A stretch of 36,518 nt of DNA from contig JABLTG010000179.1 in the NCBI GenBank assembly GCA_016618085.1, forward strand, positions 1 through 36,518. The letters run 5' to 3'. Source of the stretch: Neovahlkampfia damariscottae. Taxonomy: Eukaryota. Positions within the stretch are counted from its first letter, which is position 1. Each line of letters starts with the position of its first letter. This document shows positions 10,089 through 22,148 of the stretch, in pieces. The notes under the pieces were generated by a model that did no database searches, was not told the DNA's origin, and worked only from the letters and a program-made list of their open reading frames with translations. Both the position numbers and the translations under genes were made by a program.

Positions 10089-12522
10089 TTATTTCATCAA
10101 TATCAAAAATTCCAACGCCATAATCAACAAAATACCAAAATTTGTCAAAATTTTCTCAAACAAAAATGTTGGTTTTTCAAAATCATCAATATATAAATAC
10201 TTATTCCTCTGTCCTTTTCTCAATTCAAATTTTGAAATTTTAGGAAAATACCAATTATAAAATTGATGAAGTGTCTTTACAACTTTTTCATTTGGACTTG
10301 TTTTGTTCATATCTAAAATAAAATGAATTAAAACTTCTAAAATCAAACCATCATTCAAACATACAAATTTGGGCAATTTATAACGAATATTATCCAATTG
10401 TGAATTTACTTCTCGATTATCATCTCTAACCATATCAAAAGCAACTTCATCCAAAGTCATAAATTGATATTTATATTTTTGTCGTTTTTTTGGTAGAAAT
10501 TCTGTCAAATCTGATTGGATAAATGACAACAAATCAGGTCTCGTTGATGATGAATACTTGATTGTCTGATATATTTTTTTCATAACAATTTTCAAATATT
10601 TCTTCTTCATTTTCTCTGTTTCTGGTTTTATACCTTCCAATTCAACTTTATTCTTCCACAGAGAATAAGCCATCAATTGAATTTCATATTCATCTAAAAT
10701 ACCATTTCCATTTTTATCAAATTCAAAAAATAATTCATTCAAATTCTTTTCATTGTATTTTTGCATTATATAATAAAAATATGTAAAACTGTATTGCATG
10801 TCATCTTCTGATCTAAATCGGTTTGAACTCGTTTTGTTGAATTGTGATTCCCATTTTCTTTCTATTTTTTCCATGATTCTTTTATCAATAAAATGAGGCA
10901 TATGAGCAGGTACTTTTCTTGAAATTCTTCCAAATTCATCATTCAATAAATGATTAACGTGAATTAATGAAGCACCAAATTTATCAATTAATAATTGTCT
11001 TCCACCAACAGAACTTCTGGTTTTTGAAGTTGATTTTAATGTAGATTTAAAATGTTGATTGAATTTATTCCGTCTCAAAAATTTCTTTTTTTGTTCTTCA
11101 TAATACTCCTTTGTTGAATATTTCACAATTTTTGGATGACCAACCTCTTTGATTAGATGAATTTGACTGAAAAATTGAAGTTTTCTCTCACCTGCTTTTT
11201 CAATTATAGTTGTATTTTTCAAAGAATTTGATGAATTATTTTTTTTGAATTTAATGAAAATTTTCAATTTTTTTTTCTTTCCTTTAATGACAACTTTCAC
11301 ATCTCCCAAATCAGTTTTGACTTTATAAAAAGTCAACGCTAAAATATGAAGTGTTGAAGAAATACTTGCAGATCTAACAATAGATGGATTATTATGGTAA
11401 CCTGAGGTAACGACTTCTCCAATGGATGAAATATTGAAAATCATAGAAGGTGTTGATTCGTCAACAGTTACATTATATTCATTTTTGATATGTTCTTTAA
11501 TATTCTTCAATCCACAATCACCTCCATCAAATGCACATTCTACTCGATTACAACCTGAATCACAAAATTTATCCGACCACCATGAACTTGGACAACTCTT
11601 ATGGCAAGTATCTTTCGCTGTTGATTGGCCTTTACAATCACCTCCATCAAAATCACATTCTGCGACATTACAAGCAGAATCACAAAAACCATCGCCTATA
11701 TAACTATCCGAGCATCCTTCAGCACCTAAAAACCGTTAATTTTTTCTATTTTATTTCAAACATCCAGGAACATCCCAAGATAAATAAACTCTTAATTAGT
11801 GTTATTTTTTTTTGTAATTTTACTTCCATCCATCATGGTCTGAATAAAAATCTTCTGGGTGAATCTCATTACCAAAAAAAACATCATCATTTAAATAAAT
11901 GAATTGATTTGATAATCCTTTAATTCTATGGATATTAGCTTCAATAGCAGGTGAACCTAAATATTTTAAAAACAAATCAAATTACTGAATGTTGGCAAAT
12001 GAGATTGATCTTTGAAATGATTAGAATTTTTCAACATAAAATACTTAAGAAAATATCCGACTTTAAGTTAAAATATCATTTTTTTCTTTACATGTTTAAC
12101 TACATTTACTTTAGTTGTGTCTAACCAATTTGGTACTTGTCCATTTGTTACAAGCCAAACCTTCAAGTCAAAGAAAAATTTGAGCTTACTTTTCGAACCC
12201 AATTCGCATTTTTTTCAATAGAACGTAATGAATATTTCAGTTCATCATTATCACGATACCTATTTGTGCCTACTGTATCAGAACTTTGATTTTTTGTTGA
12301 AAATTTCCTCAAATCTAAAAAGAAGTATTTTCATTTAATTGTTTTTTTACTTTCAATATGTTTAGGATCACTTCCATTCACCTTTTTCATTTTTTAAAAA
12401 TACATTTTTTGAATTTTACCCATGTGTAAACAACATCAATTTCTACAATTTCTGGTGGTTTTAATTGTTTTATATATATTAAAATGAAACATATAGTAAA
12501 CAAAATTGCGAATCTTTTTCAT
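10089..12522 (-). CDS. GNPTAB: N-acetylglucosamine-1-phosphotransferase alpha/beta precursor (Stealth family, LNR repeats, EF-hand); ~10 introns, 3' end approximate
   Basis: Stealth CR1 [15 protein letters not shown]2 [17 protein letters not shown]...TNGQVPNWL...HLPTFSSPAIE...YLNDD; two LNR repeats ([21 protein letters not shown]); CR3 [10 protein letters not shown]-hand [15 protein letters not shown]4 FVCLND; N-terminal TM. Confidence 0.92.
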
Positions 12523-12722
12523 TTTAATTTTTTTTTGTTCTTTGAGTTTACCTCATTTCAAACAACTTCCAATGGAAGGTAACAAAAATTCTGATTGGTT
12601 CGAAAAACCTCCAAGAGATTAAATTAAAAAAATCTCTTTATTTTCGAAAAAAAAATGAACTTCTTGAAAAATGGACAACTGTCTAATTTTGATTGGTAAA
12701 TTGTAATCAGTCAAAACCAACA

Positions 12723-13323
12723 ATGTATTTTGTTTGGAAACTTCTCATTTATGTATATAGATTTTTGAAATCATTCTATGCAATACCAATACAGAATAAT
12801 GAAAATTTGAAAATACCAAAACATTTGTCCATTTGCATAAGCAAAGAATACTCAAAAAACTTAAACGAAATCCGAAATATAATACAATGGGCTGAAGAAT
12901 TAAAAATACCTCTAATCTCAATATATGATAAAAAAGGTGTTATAGAACCTAACACATTTCAGAATCATTTTACTTTTGAGAATTCAAGTATGATTTTTTT
13001 TTCAAATATTTCTAATGGTATAAAAAGGCAAACCGAAAATATTAGAATTATCAAAAGAAAAAAAATTAAATGACACTTATTTTATAGAACCTGATTTGTA
13101 AACTCAAAAAAAAAAAACTCATTTTCCAGACTGATAATTTATTCAAAACCATTTGTGTTAAATGAATACCCACCATTACATTTAAGATTCACGGAAATAT
13201 AGTAAGATAAAAAAAAGAAAGTAATAACATTCAAGTCATCATCAAAATAGTCAATTTTCAAAAAATGAATTTTATTTCATTTTAAATCAATTTTCAAAAA
13301 CAACCCAAAGATTTGGAAAATAA
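12723..13323 (+). CDS. NUS1: Dehydrodolichyl diphosphate synthase subunit NUS1 / Nogo-B receptor
   Basis: PKHL, W...IPLISIYDKKG, EPDLLII, YPPLHLRFTEI and C-terminal QRFGK (RxG motif). Confidence 0.85.
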
Positions 13324-13326
13324 CTT

Positions 13327-14143
13327 TTAAATTTTTTCATATTCAATATTAAGATGTTTTCTTTTCTTTTTTGGTTTTTGTTCAATTTCTTCTTCTTCTT
13401 CTTGTTCAGATTCTTCTTCTTGTTCATATTCATTATAAATATCTTCTAAATCGTCTTCATAATCATCTTCTGTATCATAATCAGTTGCAATGAATTCTAA
13501 TTCATCTTCAGATAGTTCTTCTTCTTGTTCTTGTTCATCTTTTTCTTTCTCTTTTACATCATCTTTGAATTTATATAAATCACCATAAACACCACTTCTT
13601 AAACGATCTAATAATTGAGCTTGAATTTTATTTTCAATTTGAGCAACACTTAATGCTCTTTTTTCTCTTGATCTTAATCTTCTTTCTACTTTTTTTTTTA
13701 CAGTGACATATTTTGGTTGTCCTCTTGCTCTAATTTTTCTCATTCTTTTCAAGTAATCTGTAATTTTGGTATAACGTAATTTGCACCTATAAATATCTCT
13801 TTTATCCCAAAATTGTAAATATTTTTCAATTTCTTCAAGTGCTTTTTCTTTACTTTTATCAAGTAAAATTTTATCCCAAAGTTTGGAAGGTAAATGACTT
13901 CTTTCAACTGATTTGATGCATAAAAACACTTGACCTCTTTTTTCAATTACAGTAGCGTAATTACTATTTGCCAATGGACAAAACATCATACGACAAACTT
14001 GATATATATTCATTGGATGTTTGCAGATTTTTTGATCTAAAGCTTTTGTTTTGTATGAACAAAATTGTTTATCTAAAATTCTATTTATTTTTAGTATTTT
14101 TATTTGTTTTTTACTTCCAAACTAAATCATCTGAAATACTCAT
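13327..14143 (-). CDS. MAK16: Ribosome biogenesis protein MAK16 (2 exons)
   Basis: MSISDDLVWKILDKQFCSYK...CPLANSNYAT...ERSHLPSKLW...LLDRLRSGVYGD, acidic tail, NIEYE. Confidence 0.93.
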
Positions 14144-14233
14144 TTTTCGCTTTGACTACTTTTTCAATTGTACTAAAGAACAGCAGCGATTGGTCAAATT
14201 TGATTTCCAATTTAAAAAAAAAAATAAAATTTT

Positions 14234-15377
14234 TTATTTGTTGAAATTTTTGTAGTATTCTGAAAAATTACAACATTGAGATTCACTCCAATCCCATAAC
14301 TCTTGAGAAATTTTTTTTGATTTTGCTAAATCTGTTGGTTCAATTTCTTTGTTGTTGAGATAAAATTTTCCACTTTTAACAGGTTTAATAGAACAATGAA
14401 TAACACATTGAGCACCATTATGAAGATCTTTTCCGAAAATCCAGTTGATTGGCCATTTCAATAACATCAATTTTCCCCAACCCAAAGGATCAAGATCGTT
14501 TGTTAATTCAACGAATCCAGGACACATAGCAACTGATGTAATACCATATTTTTCAAAATATAATTTGTGAAGTATATTTGTATGAAAGATGTTGCAAATT
14601 TTAACTGAACAATATTGTTCAAATAATCCTGTCAAAGAAGATGATCTACCTTCAATTGGAAAATTAGTGAATTTGTGAAAATCAAAATCCTTTTCTGTTT
14701 CTTTGATAAAATGATGTGCCTCTGATCCTACGTATACTATTCTTCCTTTTGTCTTTGCCAATGAAGGAATCAATAACTAAAGGATGATTAAAAATGAATT
14801 TTGGAAATTACTTTTGTTAAGAAATGATGACCTAAATGGTTCACACCGAACATTAATTCAAATCCCTGTTTGGTTGTTAACTTATCTTCAAGTTTTGAAA
14901 ATCCAGCAGCGTTATTTACCAAGATATCTAATTTATCAAATTTTGAAGTAAATTCTTTGTGGAATTTTTCAATACTTTCAAAATCAGAAAGGTCCAATTG
15001 AATAAAATGTAACTATATTTTTAATTTTAATTTTTTTTTTTACATTGTTGTTTTTTGTTTTTTCTTCAATTTCTGTCATCGCTTTTTTTGTTTTTTTTTC
15101 ATTTCGACAAGCAAAAATTATTGTTGCTCCCATACCAGCTAAAATATCAGCAGTAGCATATCCTATACCACTAGAACTACCTATAAAAATTTAATTTTTT
15201 AATTTTTTTCACACCTGTGACCACCACAATTTTTCCGGACAAGTCATGATGTCCACGAACAACAGGTCCAAGTATAGCCACTTTACGGAATATTTTCAAT
15301 GATAAATAAGAAGAAACAGCTCCTATAGCTGTATATTTCCAAAAATCTTCGCTCTTAAAAAAATCGGTTAAGGTCAT
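14234..15377 (-). CDS. Short-chain dehydrogenase/reductase, retinol dehydrogenase/WWOX-like (4 exons)
   Basis: VVVTGSSGIG, LDILVNNAA, FGVNHLGHHFLT, YCSVK (YxxxK), CPGFV. Confidence 0.9.
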
Positions 15378-15438
15378 CTTGTATTTATCAAATTATCGAT
15401 CGGGTGATTTATGATTGGATAACCATTTTTAACAAATC

Positions 15439-17264
15439 ATGTCGAAGGTGAAAATAAAAATCACTCATCTTGAAGACCCAGAAACAAAACATATATTATA
15501 CGTAAAATCAGAATGGTTCGAAAAATATTTTAACCGTTGTGAAAAAGGACTTGGAAACAATTTTTTGATAATTGCGCTGAATTGACGAAAAGAGGATGTT
15601 CTAGAGCATTTTGGTAATATTGTAAAAAAAAACTAAAAAAATCAGGGGTGGTGGTGGAAAAACCGAAATCGAAGTGACAAATCTTTCAGCAGAAATAAAA
15701 GATAAATTTTTTCATGAGAACTGTTCAGTTTTAATATCAGGAAGAAAAGGATTAGAAACAAAAAATTTAAAAGAAATCAATTCAAAAAAATTGAATGAAG
15801 AAGCCGAAATTTCTCAACCAGTAAAAAAAATAAAATAAAATTCATTAAAAAAAAAAAAGCTGAATTTCCAAAAAGGAGTTCATGTTGAAGTTGACACGAA
15901 AGAAGGAACTTTAAAAGGCATACCAGAATCTTGGAAAGGTCTGGTTCATGGTACAGTCAATACAGACACCGAAAATATACCAAAAAATCTAATACCAAAC
16001 GTTACAAAAAAAATAGCAGAAAAACAGAAAAAAGATCCTTTCTCTGTAAGAATTATAAAAAAAATTGATTGAAAAAAAAAATAGATTATAACAAGACCAA
16101 ACGAACTTCAACAATTAGTTCACGTTGATACTTCATTGAATGGATTACCTGAACAATGGAAATCAGTACTTAAAAGTAAGTTTACTTTCAAATATATTTA
16201 TATTTAGATTATGGAACTCCATTGCATGAATTAATGAAAAATGAAAAAGATGGACAAGAAGAAATAATTCCTGAATCACAAAAAATAGTTGAATATCTAT
16301 CATTAGAAGACCCTTTTGAACTATTTACAGTAATTTCCAACAAAAAATTGAACTTTTTCAGATGGATAAAATAAGAGCAAATCTTTATACAGCGAAAGAA
16401 ATACAATTTCCATTTGAAAGTTATCTGGTTGAAATATTTTTGATTGATGAAAATACAAATTTAGGAGGTATTGAAAATAATATTTTCATGAACGCTACTT
16501 CAAAACATCAAAATATTTTAGAATACAAAAATTGTTACTCAAATGATCAAGAGTTGTGGATATGTTATGAAAATATACCAAATGGATTAACTCTATCTCA
16601 TGAATTGGATATTGCTGATAAATTCAAACAAACTCAGAATTTCTTGTTCAGTGAATTTAGAATTGGATGTATTTTGAGAGATATTCTTTTAGCATTGAAT
16701 TATCTTCATAACAATCTGAGAATTCATGGTGATATTAAAAGCCAAAACGTGTTTATTGTAAGATGAAAAAAAAAATTTATTTTTCAAAAGGATAACCATG
16801 GAAGAGTTAAAATTTATGGATTTGATTATGCTGTGCAATTAGAAAATAAAAAGGATAAATGTCGATCTGATCAAGGTACACCTCATTATATGGCTCCTGA
16901 GATCATTAGAGGATCTGAATATGATATTGCTGTTGATGTTTGGAGTTTAGGTATTTTATCATTAGAAATGGCTGAAGGATGCACACCACATGCTGAGTTA
17001 CCTCCTTTGAGAGCTTTATATATTATTGCAACTCAACCACCACCCAAATTAAAAAATCCAAATGATTGGTCTCCTGAATTTGTTGATTTTATACATTGTT
17101 GTTTGATAAAAAATCCAAAAAAAAGACGAAGCGTTTTTGAATTATTACAACATCCTTTCGTGTCTCAAATATCATTTCCATTTGTTGCTTTGACAGAAAT
17201 TTTTTCGGATACATTGATTCACTTCTATGTTCCTACAGAAGATGACAAAATTGTAGTCGTTTAA
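15439..17264 (+). CDS. PAK/STE20-like protein with two CRIB motifs and a degenerate kinase domain
   Basis: CRIB1 ISQPLNFQKGVHV...GIPESW; CRIB2 ITRPNELQQLVHV...GLPEQW; kinase HGDIKSQN, GTPHYMAPE, DVWSLGI, PPLRALYII. Confidence 0.85.
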
Positions 17265-17384
17265 GATTTTAATAAATTTTGATTTGTGAACTTGATTTGA
17301 TGTTCGTAAATTTTGAGTCATCTGTTTATTGGTCAATTTTTTCTTTTTTTAATTTTAAGAGTGACTGAAAAGTGAGACTTAGTG

Positions 17385-18035
17385 ATGAGTTATAAAGAAT
17401 ATAAGGTAGCCGTAATTGGAGGTGGTGGTGTTGGAAAAAGTTGTAAGAATATAAAACATCATTAATATAAAAGGTTTGACTGTCCAATATGTACAAAACA
17501 CTTTCCTTGAAGAATATGACCCAACTATCGAAGATTCATATTCAAAACAGACAAACGTTGAAGGAAAAACTTATTTACTTCAAATATTAGATACAGCTGG
17601 ACAAGAAGAATATTCAGCTTTGAGAGATACTTATATGAGAAGTTCAGATGGTTTTGTTTTGGTTTTTGATTTGACAAAAAAAAGAACAATGACAGATGTC
17701 GATACTTTTATTAAAAAAATATCACAAGTCAAAGATGTAGATTCATTTCCGATTGGTACTCTTTTTTTTTTTAATTTCAAAAAACTCAAGTACTCGTAGG
17801 AAACAAAAGTGATTTAGTCAGTGAAAGAGAAATTACTGCGAATTCTATAAAAGATACTCTCGATCGTCATTCAAATAAAGGTACATGGAATATACCTTAT
17901 TTTGAATGTTCAGCGAAAACGAGAACAAATGTGGACGAAGCTTTTATTGGTATCATTAAAACTTTAAGAGACTTTGATCCAAATGGAACTGTAAAACCAG
18001 AACCAAAAAAGAAAGGAGGATGTGTTCTTTTGTAA
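17385..18035 (+). CDS. Ras-family small GTPase (3 exons)
   Basis: GGGGVGKS, YDPTIEDSY, LDTAGQEEYS, GNKSD, ECSAK; polybasic tail and CaaX (KKKGGCVLL). Confidence 0.95.
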
Positions 18036-18095
18036 ATCTCAAAAAAAAAAAAAATAAATTTTACTTTCCCTTTCAATAACCAATCAATTGTAATC

Positions 18096-18766
18096 ATGAC
18101 TTCAACACAAAAAATGCCTCAAACTATAAAAGAGAAAATTGAAATTTCTCTTGACCTAAAGAAACAAGGAAATGAGTTTTTAAAACAAGGTGAATACAAA
18201 AGAGCTTGTCATCTTTATAACAAAATTTTTTTATATATTAACGGTTTAAATACAAATGTAACTGATGTGCTCTCTGGTGGACAAAATGGAAATTCAAAAA
18301 AAGTCAAATCACCTCAAGATATTGAAATTCAAGAATTAAGAGTTTCTGTTCACATGAATTTGTCATTATGTTATTTGAAATTGAATAATTATCAAAAATC
18401 TTTAGATAATGTTCAAAAAGCGCTTCATATAAATCCTGATAATGTTAAAGGTATTTTTAGAAGAGGTCAAAGTTATTTGGGTTTGAATGGTAAGAAAAAT
18501 GAAAAAATTAAATTGTATTTTTTTTTTTTTAGATCTTGACAGAGCAAAAGTTGATTTACTGAAAGCAAGAGGTAAAAATCACATGGTCATCTTTAATTTT
18601 TTTTGAAGGTTTTTTTTTTTTTTTTTTTAATTTTCAAAAAGAAACTTATCCAAATGACTCACAAATTAAAAAAGAAATTGAAAGATTAAATTTAAAATTT
18701 AAACAAAGTGAACAAAAGGAAAAAAACATGATGAAAAAAATGTTTGAAAAAATGAGTCAAGAGTAA
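18096..18766 (+). CDS. TPR protein (TTC9/FKBP-type triple TPR)
   Basis: LKKQGNEFLKQGEYKRA, NLSLCYLKL, NVKGIFRRGQSYL; ends KMFEKMSQE. Confidence 0.85.
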
Positions 18767-18878
18767 AGTAGTTACTTTCAATAAAATTTTTCTCTATCAG
18801 TTTATTGCAGAAGTTTTGGCTTGAGATCCAAAAAGAATAAAAAACAACCAATAACAGGCCATAACAGTTTTTTTTATA

Positions 18879-19665
18879 ATGGATGAAATAGAAGCAGCTA
18901 AATCATTAGCTATTTTATCAACACCTGTGGATGACGATGAAAGTGATCATGAATTAATCATAGAAGAGGAAAAAAATCGAGAATGGCAAGTTCTAACCAT
19001 TGATGAAACTATATTGAAAGAAAAAGAAAATTTCTTAACAATATCTTGTAAAACTAGAACAGAAGCTCCTCAAAAAATTGTAAAAAAAAAAAAAAAACTT
19101 ATTAGAAGGTACCAAATCGAATGTATTCAAGTTTAAAATACGAATTGAATTTAGTGTTAAAAAATTCAAGTTTTGTTGGAAATCCTTTACCCTTTGTAAT
19201 TTGTCAAATATCAGTTGTTGACCCTTTCACAAATGTTGAAGTTATAAAAAATAATCAAACTGTTTTGAAAGAGAAAACTGATAGTGTTTTGAATCAATTG
19301 GAGAATAAAGATTATCAAGGGAAGTTAAAAGTTCAATTTACAAATGTATCTTATCACAGAGAAAAAAAAGGTAAAACAAAAAAAAAATGTTAAAAAACAA
19401 TTAAAAAGAGTATTGTTGGAAGATTAAATTTTTTGATCCAAAAGATTTGAACAAAGTTATTTTATCGATGAAAAGTGGATCCTTTAGAGTTTATGCAAGA
19501 AAACCAAATACATCTGTCACAAAAAAAAGAAAAAAAGAAAATTTACAAGAAGAGATTGACGAATTAATAGAAATTCACAAAAAATTGACAAAAAAGGAAA
19601 AAGAAACGGTGTTGGAATCTGTTAAACTCACATTTATATCGATTGATCCAAAGTTTATGCAATAA
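18879..19665 (+). CDS. Putative DNA-binding protein (beta-sandwich, possibly CudA-like), 3 exons
   Basis: Spliced ORF with VQFTNVSYHREK...SGSFRVYARKP, followed by a basic NLS and a helix. The family assignment is tentative. Confidence 0.5.
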
Positions 19666-19815
19666 AACAGAATTTCCGAAGAATTGTCTAACTTGGTGTT
19701 CCGAAACACCAAATTCGATTCTTAATTTCTTAATTTGGTGAATGAAAATCCCCAATTTGTCCAACTAAACTTCCTAAATTCAGTCAAACCGTTACTTTTT
19801 GGTCAAGAACCAATC

Positions 19816-21243
19816 ATGTTGAGATTTGCTCTGAAGAAGTGTCAAGTAAACGTCAAGCATTTTCACAAAAATAATGTTTATGTAAAATCAGCAGAACTGA
19901 AAAGAGAAAGGAAGGCTGATAATATTACAAGTGAACTTGAAGTGCAAGACCCGACTTTGATTTTCACAGAAGTTATTAGAAAACTGACTCAACAAGTTGG
20001 AGGAAGAGAAAATTTAATATTTCCAAAGGTTTATTTTTTTCCAATTAACAATTTAGGAAATTATTTTTTTAGCAGGAGGTTTGTTGTGTAAAAAAAAGAA
20101 TTTAACAACTGAAAGCACCTGGAAGTGGAAAAGGTACAATGTCTGATGTCATTAAAGATGCTCGTGGATTATCATCTGCTCCTATTGTTTGTAGTGATTT
20201 ATTAAATTCACAAGAAATGCGTGAAAAAAAATCAAAAGGAGAAATGATTGGAGACAAAGAAGTTGTAAAATTAGTTTTTGAAAATTTATTGCAAAGAAAA
20301 TATCAATCTGGTGTTATTTTAGATGGTTTTCCAAGAACAAAAATCCAAGCGGAATGTATTTCATTGTTATATGATAAAATGTTTTCATTAAGAAATGAAT
20401 TCAAATTAACTATTCATAAATTCAAATTTAGAAGACCAATTTTTCATATTCTTGTTTTATTTTGTGATGAATCTACATCAATTCAAAGACAAGTTGAAAG
20501 AGGAAAAAATGCTCACAAAACCAAAAAATTATTCGGTTAGAACTTATAAGGAAAATTTTAACTTCATTTAGATGAAATTGGTGAAAGTGAAGCAGCAAAG
20601 GAAGAGGTTAGAGAAACTGATTTAGATACACAAATCGCTAGAAAAAGATACTTATTCTTTAAAGACGTCACTTTTGAATCTTTAAAAGCATTAAGAGAGA
20701 AATTTTATTATCATTTTATTGATGCTTCTCCTGATCCAGAAACAGTCAAAAGTAGTTTAATTAAAGAACTGAAATATCAAAGTTCAACAGAATTAAACAA
20801 TGAAACTTTTGATAAAATTTCCGAAATACCACTTGCGAATGAAATTACATCAAATGCAAGGTAAATTCAAAAAAAAAAAATTGAATCTGTTAATATATAG
20901 ATATCGTTTAGTTCAAAATTTAGATCAATATTGTCAATCTAATGGAGCATTATTCGATGAAGTAGTCAAAACGATTGAAGAAGAATTTATTCATATTATT
21001 AGAAGACAAGCTTTAATTGGGACTTGTATCATTAGATCTGAAAACAAAATCTTTGAAGAACCATTAGCCATTGATATGTTATTGGATATTATGATTGAAA
21101 GAGGTTTTATAGTTTCATTGGATATTCAAAAAATTGAAGTTCCAGTAAAAATTCACCCCGAAACATTTGAAATTATTTCAAAAATGAAAAAGATCTTTCA
21201 TTTTCATATAACATTTGCAAGACCAAATATTAGATCAAATTAA
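19816..21243 (+). CDS. Adenylate kinase-like protein with C-terminal extension, probable mitochondrial presequence
   Basis: IIFLAGAPGSGKGT (spliced), GVILDGFPRTKIQA; N-terminus MLRFALKK. Confidence 0.85.
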
Positions 21244-21247
21244 ATTT

Positions 21248-22070
21248 TTATTCGTTTTTATCATTTATTCCTTGAAGCCACCATTCTTTTCTTCTTTTTA
21301 TTTCATCTTCTTCTTCATTTGTATAAATCCTATCTTTTGATTTTATGGTTCTTCTGATTGTCAATGAAACTCTTTCTTTGTCTCTTAAAATGGTTTGGCC
21401 AACTTTTTTATTCACAATTTCATGATTCAAACAATTTTCGTCAATCAAATCTTCTTTTGATGAATTTATACCATGAAAGTATTCAGTGTATGCATCTTTT
21501 GTAAATATCATCAAACTTCTTTCATTCAAAATTACAGAAGCATCAGATTTTTCTTGTTTTTTATCTTTTTTAAAATGAATAATAGCTTTTGATTTCAAAG
21601 ACAAAATAGCTGCAAATTCAAAATATAAAGTACCATCTTTATGATATGAAATGCCCTTTCCATTTTTATATTCATTCAATAAAACTTGATTCATTTTTCC
21701 GACCTCTTTTGTAAATCCACTTTGTTTGAGTAATTTTCCGACATCTTGGAAGTGTTTTGGAAACTCTTCTTCAATCATACCTTCATGGTGAGGAGTTCCT
21801 CCTGAATTTTGTAAACGTCTATTCTCTAAATTTATCCATTCATTTTTTGAGTCGTAAATTTTTGAAAGTAGAATCTCTTCTTCTTCTTTTGTTATAAAAT
21901 CTTCAAAATAGTAAATATTAGGAATCTTTCCAATTTTATATTTCTCAATATCTACGACTTCTCGTTTTGAAAAAATAGATTTTATTTTTGCTTGAACGTT
22001 TTTGTAAACATAATCAAATCATTTTCTAACCTTCTTTTAATTTTTTCTTTTCAGCTTTATACATTTCCAT
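21248..22070 (-). CDS. ALKBH6: AlkB-family 2OG-Fe(II) dioxygenase, ALKBH6-like (2 exons)
   Basis: YYFEDFITKEEE, RRLQNSGG, NQVLLNEY..G.GISYHKDG, YFHGI, RVSLTIR. Confidence 0.85.
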
Positions 22071-22148
22071 AAAATCAATCGAAGTCATGTTTGAGTTTCC
22101 GTTTTTTCTTTGGTTCAAACAACCAATCAATTCCCTTTTCAATTTCCA

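Noticed and set aside
11422..11902. Plus-strand ORFs with a repeated QSPPS motif
   Set aside because: Antisense shadow of the two GNPTAB LNR repeats (DGGDC).
15439..18035. Functional PAK-Ras gene pair
   Set aside because: CRIB motifs bind Rac/Cdc42, not Ras; adjacency in a compact genome is likely chance.
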